The position numbers were made by a program, and so were the translations under genes. 42,109 nucleotides of DNA from Saprolegnia diclina VS20. Lineage: Eukaryota. The stretch's first letter is position 1; every line of letters begins with the position of its first letter. The notes beneath the pieces were generated by a model. The model was not told the origin of the DNA and made no database searches. It saw only the letters and a list, made by a program, of their open reading frames with translations. Positions 13,005 to 24,927 of the stretch are shown in pieces. The stretch lies in the NCBI RefSeq assembly GCF_000281045.1, contig NW_008246090.1, forward strand, positions 649,311-691,419. Reading direction: 5' to 3'.

Positions 13005-14902
13005 ATGCGATCGATCTCTGCGCAAGCGCTCTTGCCGACGGCGAGGTACGCGCCGATCGACGCGGCGGTGCGCTGTGGCGTCTGCGCCCGAGCCTTCTCG
13101 GCTTTTCGCACCAAAGTCCACTGCCACACGGTACTAGAACGTCCGCATTTTGATGTCACGATCCTTTCGTTGTAGTGCGGGGCGGTGGTCTGCAATGGGT
13201 GCGCGGTCGAAGTGCCCGTGCAGCAGCAGCGGCGAGATGCCATAGTCTGCGTTAGCTGCACGCGCGGCAAGAAGAAACAACCGGTGGCCGCTACTACGTT
13301 TGACGGTATTCTCTTTGACCCGGCCGACCTCGCGCCGCGTCAAGCGCCGATGGGGCCGCCGATCAAGGCCGTGGCACCGCCAGCGAAATACGCGGCAACC
13401 ACACCCGAGCCGGATCTGAGTGCGTTCCAACTCCATGTGCTCCCAAACATCGAAACGACGCTCGAAGTGGATGACGACGACGACGACGAGTTGGCTGTCT
13501 TTGGCAGCAGTCGCGGCGTGATTCCTGCAGCCGAACTCGTCCAGCCCGATCAGTTTGTGCCGTCCTTGAGCCGCATGCGCTGCCACCGCTGCCGGCGCCT
13601 TCTTTTGCTGCACGCGCGGCACCACTGCAGCGCGGTACACGACCCAATGCGTATTCTCCTTTGACACTATAATTGTCTAGTGCGCCGAGGTGTATTGCCG
13701 GAGCTGTGTCAACGCGTATGTGACCGAGTCGCACTACCGCCTCTCGAGCATCGACATTTGTCGGACATGCAGCCTCATCCAAGCCATGTTTGGGTCGTTC
13801 AAGGAATGCCGGTGGGTACACAAGTCGCTGCCGTCGACGGCCTTTCCGCCGGGCGTCCAGGTCAAAGTTCGATGCCCGTTGTATGTGAACCGCACGGAAT
13901 TTGCGCGCAAAATCGCCGAGCTCAAGTTTCTCGAAGAAGTCGACTTGGTGCCGTGGAATCACCTGCCGCAGCGCGGTCTCTGGAGCATCGAGCCGCCGAG
14001 CTGCGACGAGTGCGGCCTCCAGCTACGACGCAGCACGCGCGCGCGGTGTGGCATGGTACGTTCCAGGCATGTATGGACGTGTCTCCATCGCCGCTTAGTG
14101 CGACCTCGTCTACTGCCTCGGCTGCACGACGCTCAAGTTTACGCGTCCGCCCCACAAGCTCGAGCTCGAAGATATCCACGTTTGCCGGACATGCGTCGCC
14201 ACGTTCGAGCGCTGGAACCGAACGCGCAGCAAGCAGCTCTGGAAAACGTGCGCGACGGTGTATGCAAAAGCATCGGGGACCCACGTCGACCCGGATTCGG
14301 CGCCGCCTCCGACAAGCCCCGCGGGTTGGCTGCGCAGCCGCCCGAGTGCCGAGATGGTCCAAAAGGCGAGTCGATCCAGCGGTAGCAACAAAGACAGCCA
14401 CCTGAGCCTCGACACGACGCGGCGTCCCAGTGGCGATGCCGACGACCGGCGGCTCAGCTGCGGCGGACGAGACAGCCTCGACAATGGCCGACGCCTCAGT
14501 TGTGACGCTCGAAGCAGCATCGGTTACGATGCCCGTGGTAGCATCGGTTGTGACGCCCGAGGCAGCGTCGGTGGCCGGGATAGCCTGCTCGACGGCGGAC
14601 GGCCAAGCGACGGCGGCCGACCACGCCGCTCCAGCTGCGACGCGAGACACACCGCGCAGGCCCCGGAGGCGGGCCGACCGCGCATGTGCTCTGCGCCCGT
14701 GCGCCCGCGCTTTAGCGCGGCCGACATCCCACCACCAACTCCACCGACAATGTCGGCAGACGACGAGGCGCTCTTGCGGTCGATTGAGCGCAATTTGCGC
14801 GTGTCGGAAGCCATTGCACGAACGATTGAGTGCGCCGAAGCGGGTGTCGAGCCGGCGCTTCACCACCAAGGACGGCCGCGCCGCCACTCGATCTCGGGCT
14901 GA
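13005..14902 (+). CDS. Triple FYVE-like zinc-finger protein without GAF, paralog of gene C (array gene D), ~587 aa
   Basis: join(13005..13130,13176..13634,13681..14055,14099..14902). KVHCHT|CGAVVC, RHHCSA|CAEVYC, RARCGM|CDLVYC. Shares linker and C-terminal motifs with gene C. Confidence 0.85.
14498..14569 (+). repeat. Coding tandem repeat, 3 x 24 bp (SCDARSSI/GYDARGSI/GCDARGSV) in gene D
   Basis: agttgtgacgctcgaagcagcatc / ggttacgatgcccgtggtagcatc / ggttgtgacgcccgaggcagcgtc. Confidence 0.8.
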
Positions 14903-16729
14903 CCTCCGCCATGCGAGCGTATTTAATGTATACAATGCATGGCTCTGTATTCTGGTCGAGTAGCCAACTGGAAGAATGACACGCAAAGGAGCTCAAAGGA
15001 GATGTCCTCTTGTTGAAAGCAACTCGAGTATATTAATATCTATGTATTTGTATCGGTATGGGCCGAATAAAACTCACCGTCGATTTTTCTATAGAACCAA
15101 TCAGAATGTGTCGTCTTAATAAGCTGACCAATCAACATGTGCGACCCAACAGATTTCAAAGCCGGGCACCACGCTGCGTGGCACCTTGTGAAGCACGAGT
15201 GGCTTTGACGAGTCGATGCTCGTTCACAGCAGAGCAATTGAGACGTGAAGGGCGCACTAGTGTCCAAGGCAGTGTGCCGAGGGTGCAAGGCACCAGCGTG
15301 TGGTCAACCATGTGGGAAATAGCTTGTCGAACTTCTCACTTGGTGCGATGCCAGAGACGTTGTTGCGTCTTTTTGTGTCCATGATAGCAGTAGCAGATGT
15401 TGGCGACCAGGTCCAAGACATTGCTCCAAGACCAAGCAAGGGCATTGCGCCGCGCTTCAGCATCGAGTCATTCGCTCTCAAGGCCACGGAGGCCGCGACG
15501 AAGCCATCAGTGCGGCGGCTGCTGACCACGGACCACCATCACTTGAGTCATGTGGTCGTCGTGGCTGAACCGTCGTCGAGGCACCAGATGTGGGGCGTGT
15601 CCAGATGTGGTGACTGCGGCAGCAATCGGCAGCAATCCCCAAATGGTGTGCGTTCGTGACGACCCTTCCCGCGCGTGTGCTTGCCTCTATCCGTGTACTC
15701 TACGGCGCGTCGCCTCTGTTGCCGCCACCGTTCCAGAGCCAAGAGCCAAGGGCGATATCACCGCTGGCGCCAAGGCGTGGACGGTATGGCCGTCACTTTT
15801 TGGTCTTGGTGTCAAGTCGTGGTGTCAAGTCCACACCACCCATGGTGTGCGCTGACCTCAGACCAATGAGACCAGTCGCTAGACTTCCTCTATTTCCGAC
15901 TTTACTGTGACGGACCTCGTGAGTTGCCAAGAGCTTCAACGTAACGTTATTTAAAAGCCTGTCGCTGGGGCTACACTAGTCTTGCAGGCGCTATGTAGCA
16001 CGGAGCTTGCAGAAAAGCGACGCGGCGAATTGCTCGTACCGCTTCGTGCTTGGTGACGCTCTGCTTGTGTCTCTGCATGGATCGTGTGTTGTGGGCACAC
16101 GCGAGGCTAGATACAGAGCGTCATCGATGAGCGGTTTGGTGACCCATACTAGGTCGGCGCTTGCACAACGTCGTGGCTATTTGTGGCCGGTCCGACGTCG
16201 CTGCCTTCTTCTTCGCGACGTTGACTTCAGCTGCCATCATCATTCGTGTTCGAGGACGTCGTGGGCTCATCGGCAGCCGTTGGAACGTTGTCTTCGTCGC
16301 GTCGTGCCACGGTGCGCGCTGCCCATCACTGCAAAGTGCATTTCAGCACGGTGCGGTCGCACACTGGCTGTTTGCATCAATCGACCCATCGAATAAGGTT
16401 TAATCCATGGGTTTAATCGACATCGTTTGGTCTTTTCTACAACGTTCTTTGTTGAACGTTGTACTTCAAGCCGTGCTTGCTGTTGAAGGCGACATCACGA
16501 ACGTGCTCCCAAGTGTGCTGCCGTAGCGTCGGCCGCGCTCAAAGCGCTGTCGAGCCAACCAGCACGAGACATTTGGCATGGCGACCGAAAGCCTGCACTC
16601 GAGCGTGTCTTGCTGTCGCGCCACGCGCGGGCAGCAACGCCACCAGGTGGTGCGTATAAAACCCATTTAACGCATGTGTGCCGATCACCCAAGTGCAGAG
16701 TGGACCCAGGTTGAATCGAATCCAGCGCG

Positions 16730-16736
16730 TCATTTT
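16730..16736 (+). promoter_or_regulatory. Initiator-like motif (TCATTTT) upstream of gene E
   Basis: Matches YCAYTYY shortly before ATG 16752; favours this start over 16674. Confidence 0.4.
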
Positions 16737-16751
16737 CGAACTCGCTGGCCA

Positions 16752-17653
16752 ATGACGACAACGACGCTTGTGAAGAAGGCCCTTAGCGTCCCGCCGTCGC
16801 GCTGCGCGTGCTGCAACCGGGACTTTGCCTTTTACCGAAAGCGTCACCACTGCCACGAGGTACTACGAACCTTTGTGGCATCATCATGCTCAAGTGGCCT
16901 CCTCTATTCTAGTGCGGTGCCGACGTTTGCAAAGCTTGTACGACGAGTGCGCACAACTGCCCGCTCAAAGTCTGTTTAACGTGCCTTGTCGAGCCCACCG
17001 ATTCGCAACGTGGACGCGAAGCGTCCAAGCGTAGCCAGCGCAGCACTTCGAGCGCGTCCAGCGTCATTTCTTCGTCGCGCGACTACGGCTACGTTCTCGA
17101 CTACAACTGGATTTACCCGTGGCCCAAGCCGCCCATGCTCGACAACGACACCGAGCGCATCAAGATCGTGGCCGCCCTCGGCGTCCTCGATGCGCCGCGC
17201 ACAGATTTCTTCGAGTCGATCTGCCACTTGGCCATCACGACGATGGAGACGGCGATTGCAGTCGTCAGCGTCCTCGACAAGGACCGTGAGTGGATCGTCG
17301 ACAGCATCGGCTTGACGCCGCGCGAAGTCCCCCGGGACGCATCCTTTTGCGCGCACACAGCCCGGAGCACCGAGCCACTGGTCGTGCTCGACACACACTA
17401 CGACGACCGGTTCCGGGAAAACCCGCTCGTGACCGGGTCGCTTCGCGTCCGCTTCTACGCCGGGTGGCCCATCGTGGCGCCGTCCGGCTGCATCATTGGC
17501 GCCGTCTCTGTCATGTCGGATCGACCGCGTACGTACTGCGACGTGGCCAAGCTCCAGCTGCCTGCGCGGCTCGCCACTGCGCTCTTCTTCAAGCCGCCGG
17601 GGCGCGCCCCCGACACCGTCTACCACATTTCGCACGAGTTCGAACTCGATTGA
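16752..17653 (+). CDS. FYVE-GAF protein (array gene E), ~282 aa
   Basis: join(16752..16859,16913..17653). KRHHCHE|CGADVCKAC...KVCLTC, then YVLDYNWIYPWPKPP and a GAF (FCAHTA, DDRFRENPLV, RFYAGWP). Confidence 0.88.
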
Positions 17654-19994
17654 ATGTCGTCGTCGTATTGTATCCATATAGTAATAGCAGCTGTAGTCTT
17701 TGTAATGTCGTGATGCAGGCAGCGTCAGCGTCGTGCGCGTCGGGTTGTTGACGCTTTTGCGATCCGAGCGTCAGTAGTATGTACACGGAAACGACCACGG
17801 CATTGGCAATGGTCCAAGTCCGATGGCGCGCGGCAGAGCTGATGCTGGTATTTCGAGTGTAGAGGCGAGGTTGTGGTCAAGATACTGCTTGCGTTCGATG
17901 GCCATGCTATGCCACCGTGCATGTTTATGCGGCGGCGACGACAAAAACACGAGCCGAAGCCGCTTGGATGGTCCGCAGGCGTATGCTACCACCCACCACA
18001 CTAATCTCATGCCGAATGCGCATGTACTATCAATACCCTGACGCACGCAGTTCGTTCGCACACGTTTGCGCTGGCGGCAGTTACGCATCGACCGCAAGTA
18101 GTTGGCAAGGCTACGCGCTGGAACAGTTTAGCGAATTGTTTAGTGGAGATTAGAGTCACTACACCGAGCAGCACCGCCATCACCGCGCATCACCGATAAC
18201 ACCGCGCCACCACACGATTCGATGGAGACCAGGCGTTTCAGCCGTTTCGCTGCAACGAGCTTTGCACACAAGCTCGTGTCCATTCATTCCTTTGCGCGCC
18301 CTTTCCAGTGCAGTAACGATGACGTTTCACTAGTAAAAGGATAACAAGTCGTGTCGTGTGTGATCATGCCAGCACCAAACGGGAATTGTGATCCGGCAAT
18401 CAGTGCATCCTCTGCTGTAGTGTACTAAAATACAGCAAACGTATAGCACGCCACCGACATGGCTAGAGCTTTGAAATTCCACGTCTATCACATCCATTCT
18501 TTGAGCAGAGCGCTTTCATCGACATTAGATTGTCGTGATTCGTAAGGCGCTCCGTATCGCAAACGACAACTCGAATGAGCGATAGAACGCAAGCCGCTTT
18601 GCCACCGTCGCTTCAAAACCCATGAGCATATTTTCACAGCTCTCGTAGCTTGCTTGACTTTCCGGCCAACCGCGTGATGTGTGGCTCGCAAGCCCCTTCT
18701 GCAAACTCACCAACCCGAGCCCCACAGTCTAGAACAAGGAAGTTTAAAACGGAGCAGAACCAGGCAATCGGTGTCTCTTGCGTCAACGTCCCCGCACCCA
18801 GCGCTGCCCAATACTTCAGTGTTCGTATGGGCATCGTCTTGTTGCACTGATCTTACAACCAGAGCGGCTACGTACATATACATAAATGTATCAACGCAAA
18901 CCAACGCCACGACATATACTAGTTTCCTTCGACCGACTTCAACAGCAACCTACTACTGTAGTTTCCCAGAATGAATCGACCAGCCTTGAACCTTATCATC
19001 GGACAAAATCTTGGATCGCACGGGCGTCGCTGGGATGCACACCGCCGCTTCGGGTACCATACTTTCATGCAATCACGGTGCGGGTTTTGAACACAATCGT
19101 TCGACAGATTGCTGGTACTATTGATCCCGCTCGAGTAATATAAAGTCGCGCTTAAAGTGGCCGTCATTTCTCGATACCTGGCGAGACACACGTCCGAACT
19201 AACGTCATGGGGCTTTTGTGGCTGACCAAGCCACTCCAGCTTCGCCATCCAAACGTCACAATGTGAGGCGTGGGAAATTGAGAAGCTCACATTCACAACG
19301 ACCAAGCTTAAAGCGCTTCCGTTCATCCGTCTCATCCAAAGTCTACAATCTCGAATCTCGAGCAAGTCAGTGTCCATTCAAAGATCCAGGTTAAAGCGAT
19401 GCACTTGCACATCAGCGCTTTTGCCCTTGCAAAGCATGTCCTACTGTAGGACAGGCTGGGAAGGGTCGCGAGCACCCACGACCAGATCGATACCCGACGT
19501 CGTGATGCGAGGGTGGACGGTCACGATCGTTGACGCAGCGGACCTTTCTTTGCACATGTTGCGGTGTGCGGTGCTCCTTGGTTACGTACTCATGTTCAAA
19601 AGATCTGAATCCAATGACGCAAACACAAATGCATCGCGATTCTAAATCGTCGACCCAGATCCCTCGACGACGATGACGAAATATGCTGGATGAACGCAGA
19701 GCCACCGGAACACGCGCGTTATTGTTGAAGCCGAACTTCAACGTCGTCGTGTGATGACGGAGGGTCACCGCAAGCTGTCACCGCAGTCCCTTGCGTTGGA
19801 CGTCCCACGCTGGACCAGGTCCGGATGCGACTTTGGTCAGGCGAGCGCTCGCTTACCGTAGCAGTGCAGGCGCAGGCCGCCGACTCGATTACGCGCCGAG
19901 AAACATAGTGCGCAGAGTACCAAGTCTGGTGCGAAACTGCATCTTCACAGTCGGACAGCATCACGGTGATGTTATACACCACATGTTTTCAGTG

Positions 19995-20520
19995 ATGGCA
20001 CCCACGCAGTGGGCGAGCACTACACGTCGTGCGCGTTGTGGGGTCGCGGCCGTCGTTTTTGTGTCGTCTTATTCGCACCGACGGACGCCCTCGCTGTCTC
20101 GGCGGTTCATAGCCAGTGGGAACTGAGCCTCATATCCACGGTACCAGGTGTAGTAGCTTTGGTGAAGACGCGTCTGTCCACTGCTTGCACTGCACGCGAT
20201 AGATATACCAGTGGCTCCATGGCGACGTCATGATATGCCCAAACGGGTGCGTGCACTTCGAGAAAACCAGTTGCGCGCGAAGAAGGCCAAGCTTCTTCGC
20301 CAGTGAAATTTCGTGCTGAACCGTGTTGACGGAGCGACGGCGAGTCAACAGCGAAGCGGCCGCCCGCAGCTGCGCCATGGAACCAGCATGCTCATTTTAT
20401 CTGCACCGCACGTGTGGTTGCCACAGTGTCCCTTGGATGTCTCGTCGCGACGGTGCAAGCACGCTCTCTGACAACATGCACCACGAGCGACCAGCCACAA
20501 CGGAGGTGCGTGTTTGCACC
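19995..20520 (+). pseudogene. Decayed FYVE exon relics upstream of gene F
   Basis: 19995-20071 reads MAPTQWASTTRRARCGV[C]GRRFCVVL if one base is restored, in register with gene A APEQWTPLDDRHMCGVCERDFSVYL. 20158-20187 FGEDASVHCL resembles CGEVVCGHCL. 20454-20520 gives CKHAL[C]TTC...EVRVC with frameshifts. Confidence 0.55.
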
Positions 20521-20646
20521 GGCTCGGATGCGGTGAAGCGAGTGTGGTATGTTGCGATCAGACGCGGCGCCTGTAGACATGCCATTACGAACACCGACAC
20601 GGCCGCGACCGCTGACGCAACAACACATATTTCAATTCACCGCAGC

Positions 20647-22206
20647 ATGCTCATGGAACGAACCAAGCGGCTCATCTCGATCGAGGAGCTCGAAGACAGC
20701 GAGAGCTCCGGCATCTTTGCGGCCCCGAACGGTTCTCGGTCGCAGACGTCGATCCTCGTCAAGAGCAGTTGGCCGTACCCGTGGAAGCAACCGCCCGCCA
20801 TCGCCGACGAACGCGACCGCCTTGCTGCACTGCGCCAGTTTGACGTGCTCGACACGCCGCCCGAGCGCGTCTTTGAGGTCATTTGCGAGCTCGCAACGAG
20901 CGTGCTCCAGTGCCCAATCGCAGGCGTGACCTTTCTCGATACCGACCGCCAGTGGTTCAAGGCTCGCCGCGGCTGGATCGAAGCTGAGATCCATCGCGAC
21001 ATTGCCTTTTGCGCCCACACTGTGGCGTGCGCCGAGCCCATGGTTGTGCTGGACGCGAGCCGCGACACCAAGTTCGCGCTCAACCCGCTCGTGCTCGGAC
21101 CCACCGGCGTCCGTTTCTACGCCGGTGCGCCAATCACGACGGCGGCCGGACACGCAATTGGGACGGTGTGCGTCTATGACACGCGTCCGCACGACTCTGT
21201 CGACATGGCGACCCTCGAAAAGCTCGCGAGCGTTGCACTCCTCCACCTCGAAGACCGCTTGCGGGCGCCGGTGGCGACCGAAGTTCAAGACGACACGTTG
21301 AGCGCATTTGAAGGACCCGTGCTCTCGATGCATGAGCTCTTGCGCATGCGCGACTGCGTCCCGAAAGCTCAGTGCAGTCGCTGCACTCGCTGCCACCGCG
21401 CGTTTACCCTCTTCCGCCACAAAAAGCATTGCCGTGCGGTACGCATATCGTCTGTAGCAAACCACTCACTTTGACTAGTGCGGTGAAGTCTTTTGCAGCT
21501 TTTGCGCGCTGCCGACGCGCGCCCAGCAGCGCCGGGGGCCGCGCGTCTTCAAGATCCACGTGTGTCTTACGTGCATCAACATTGGCACGGTCCTGGGTCA
21601 TTTCCGACTCTGCCGCAGCGTGCGCAACTCGCTCCATGGAAGCAACGACGGCGCGGACGAGGCTTTGACACCGAAAGAACTCGAGCAAATCCAGCGTCTC
21701 GAAGACAAAGACACGCTGTCGCCGACCCGGCTCATGCCGACGAGCGAGTGCATTCCGTTTGACGAGCGCGGGTGCTGCCACGTGTGTAGCCGCCACTTTA
21801 ACCTGTTTCGACCCAAACACTCGTGCCGTGTGGTAGGATCTCGTATGGAGGTTGAGCGTGATCTTGAGCGTACTTTGTCTAGTGTGGGGACGTGGTCTGC
21901 AGTCACTGCTCCAAGAAAAAGCTCGCGATCGTCGATGGCACCAACGAAACTGAGATGGAGCCCGTGACTGTGTGCGTCGAGTGCAACGTGACGTTGACCA
22001 ACACGGCGCTTCGTGACGACACGATGCCGCTGGCGTTGGCATCGGACTTTGAGGCGTTCAACAACAGTCGCCGTGAACGCAACTCGATGAAGAACGCGCT
22101 GGACACGGTGAAGACCCTTCTCGTCTCAGCCGACGAGCGCACACTGTCGGCGGGCCGGTCGTCGCTCGCAGACAAGCCGACCGAGTTGACTCCTGCTGGG
22201 GCGTAG
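20647..22206 (+). CDS. GAF-FYVE-FYVE protein (array gene F), ~489 aa
   Basis: join(20647..21438,21479..21832,21883..22206); start uncertain (20647/20653). GAF with FCAHTV. KKHCRA|CGEVFC, KHSCRV|CGDVVC. Colinear with the C-terminal part of gene A. Confidence 0.85.
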
Positions 22207-22600
22207 TCAACTAGTTCATTGCATGCGACTAACTTATGCGGAATGTAACCGACTTTGATGTGATTGGCTACCTCGGCCGTTTCGCGGTCCGCCACATGGC
22301 ACTCACAATGGCGATTTGGTCACACGACTCGATTCGACCTATCTGACTCGATCATTGCAGATGTTAAAGTATAGCGCAAGATGCCGCATTGCACCAGCTC
22401 GAGTCCTTTGTACTAGGTACTTCGTACTGGTATTATTATTGTGTGCGTGCGGCAAACTCGGACGGGCAAGGCAGTCGCACCCAGCAACCCGGTCCTTCCC
22501 AACCAGATGGTGCCACCCAAGTGGTGTGGACCAATCGGCTGACGCGCCACGGTTCCCATCGGCGTCGGCCACACACGTCGCGCAGTTCCGATTCCGCGTC

Positions 22601-23671
22601 ATGCCGCCACCGATCGCCGCCGACGACGTGCTCACAGCCGAGCAGTGGGTGCCGTTCTCGGAGCGCGCGTCCTGTGCGTCGTGCGCCCATGGCTTTACGG
22701 TCTTTCGCCAAAAGCACAACTGTCAAAGGGTACAACCTTCTTGGATATGCCAGTGGCATTGCGACGTACTATGGCTTAGTGCGGCGAAGTCGTGTGCGGG
22801 CACTGCCTTGTGCCGCGCCGCGCCGAAGCCCTCGACACGTCGTTCGAGGTGCGTATCTGCATTGACTGCATTTCGGTTTGCGAAAAGCACGTGCACCAAA
22901 GCGCGTCGTGCTTTGTGTGCACCCGTCGCTTCTCCCTCCTTCGGCGCAAGTACCGCTGCGACGAGGTCGTCGACGTCTTTGCGCTCTCTCTCACACGCAC
23001 ACTAGTGCGGCGAAGGCGTCTGCAAGAAATGCCACGTGACCAAGCGCGACCATAGCACCTCGCGCGCCGTGCGTCAAGCCCGCGTCTGCACCAATTGCAT
23101 GCTGCGCGAGACACCACCCAAAGTACAATCGTCGTCGAACGTCGTGTCCCTTCTCGATTTGTCGGCGCCACACACCTCGGGCGATGTGCCGCTGCCGCCA
23201 GACGAAGAGGCGCGGCTTCACGTCCTTGCGAGCTACGGACTACTCGATACGCCCCACGAGGCTGCGCTTGACGTTGACTGCAAGCTCGCGCGGAAGCTCA
23301 TGCGGTGCCCCATGGCTGGGCTGAGCCTCATGAGCCGCGACCGCCAGTGGTACAAAGCGCGCTGCGGCTTTGACGAGACGGAGTTGCCGCGAGCTGTCGC
23401 GTTTGGCGCCTACGTTGTCGCGACCAAAGCCCCTCTCGTCGTGCTAGATACGCTCGACGACGACCGGTTCCGAGAGAATCCGATCGTGACGGGTCCGGCC
23501 AAGGTGCGCTTCTACGCCGGGGCGCCGATTCTGGCGCCGAGTGGCCATGCCATTGGGACGGTGTTTGTCTTGGACACGGAGCCCCGCGCCTCGTGCAACG
23601 TTGAGCCTCTTCAGCAGCTCGCTGCTGTCGCGATGGCCAACATCGAGCGTCACAAGCCAACCGACCGGTAG
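22601..23671 (+). CDS. FYVE-FYVE-GAF protein (array gene G), ~326 aa
   Basis: join(22601..22729,22780..22965,23006..23671). KHNCQR|CGEVVC, KYRCDE|CGEGVC. GAF with RQWYKAR, DDRFRENPIV, RFYAGAP. Confidence 0.88.
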
Positions 23672-24099
23672 GACGACCCAACGAGCTTTGAACATGCGTT
23701 TGCACGCTGCGGTTTTTCGAAAAGATGTATCTGTTGTCTGCTCTGCTGGCGAGCAGCTGAAGGCGCAGATGCTGTTTCCCGCAGCTATTTCTGCCATGTA
23801 CCTCCGCGATAGCTCCAGCTAGAGTTCCCGCTGCAGGCGCCTACGTGTGGCATGTAGCTGCAATGGCTGGGTGATCACTGCCCACGGTGGTCAAGTGACC
23901 GCGTTGGCCTTTCTCGAAAGCGTATCTTTGGAACTGGTGACCGGATCCGGATAGAGAGGGTTTGCGGTCAGGGGCCGCAGTCGCCAACACTCGCCAAACG
24001 CAAGAGGACGCCAATGGCTTATTGTACACGGTGGTCCGGGCGGCGACGATGAATGTGTCGGGCAACGCGACGCCGACAACCTCGTGACGGTGCAGCTCG

Positions 24100-24927
24100 C
24101 TACAAGAAGAAGGTGCCGTCGTTGGGAGCGGTCTTGTCGCGCTTCTCGAGCTCCTTGTAGTGCTGCGTGCACATGCCATCGACTTTGCCAAGCCGCTTGC
24201 AGCGCGGGACTTGGCACTCGAACGGCTTGCGATGGACGTTGCAGAGGCCGCCGCCACGGTCCTTCCGGGGGCACTCGGGACTTGCGCACAGGACAAAGCC
24301 GCCGTGCTCACCGCAGCGCTGGCCGCGCTGCGCGCGCTTATGGCAGCCCGGCTCGCCGCACGGTGTGCCACCGCCATGCGCCTTGCACTTGCCGTGGCCT
24401 TGTGCGCTCTTGGTGCAGCCGTCGACAGTGCAGCGCGGACCACCGCCGTGCTTCTTGCACCACCCGAGCGACTGCGCCGCGACGTTGCAGCCGTCGACAC
24501 CGCACGTCTTGCCGCCGCCGTGACTGATGCAACGAGTCGTGCTGCCAGACGGGGCGCGCTTGCACGCAGGGTAGTCGCACGTCTCGCGCTTCTTGGGCAG
24601 CGTCGCGATATTGGTCTCATCTCCCAGAAAGGCTTGGTAAGAGAACGACGATGCATCCGTTGGCGGTTCCATCTTGACACGATCGTCGTCGAGCGCATGA
24701 TGGGTGATGGCACGTAGCGTACCGGACGTACCATCGTAGACGAACGCTTCGTGCACCACACCGATGGACGACATGGCGTTGCCAAGCTCGACAAAGTCGT
24801 TGTAGTCGACCACAATCTCCTCCATGCGATCGTCGGGCTTGGGGCTCAGCATATTCGCAAGCGCGACGTCTTCGTCGTAGGTCGAGATGATGGGGCCCAC
24901 AGACAGGCGTGGCGGCGCGGAGGACAT
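24100..24927 (-). CDS. Cys/His zinc-finger repeat protein (C-x4-C-x9/10-C-x2-H-GG repeats, WRKY19-like N-terminal type), 275 aa, intronless
   Basis: Six tandem units, e.g. CGVDGCNVAAQSLGWCKKHGGG and CTVDGCTKSAQGHGKCKAHGGG. No WRKYGQK motif. Confidence 0.88.
   Translation of the reverse strand: MSSAPPRLSVGPIISTYDEDVALANMLSPKPDDRMEEIVVDYNDFVELGNAMSSIGVVHEAFVYDGTSGTLRAITHHALDDDRVKMEPPTDASSFSYQAFLGDETNIATLPKKRETCDYPACKRAPSGSTTRCISHGGGKTCGVDGCNVAAQSLGWCKKHGGGPRCTVDGCTKSAQGHGKCKAHGGGTPCGEPGCHKRAQRGQRCGEHGGFVLCASPECPRKDRGGGLCNVHRKPFECQVPRCKRLGKVDGMCTQHYKELEKRDKTAPNDGTFFL

Noticed and set aside
15090..16400. Paired CCAAT motifs and short Cys-containing ORFs between genes D and E
   Set aside because: No coherent spliceable gene or convincing FYVE spacing; CCAAT is short and common.
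17700..19700. Lower-GC intergenic stretch considered as a transposon remnant
   Set aside because: I found no terminal repeats, target-site duplication or transposase/RT motifs. A CMFMRRRRQKH fragment near 17918 is too weak to call a FYVE relic.
24100..24927. WRKY transcription factor
   Set aside because: Only the Cys/His-GG repeats are present; no WRKY DNA-binding domain.
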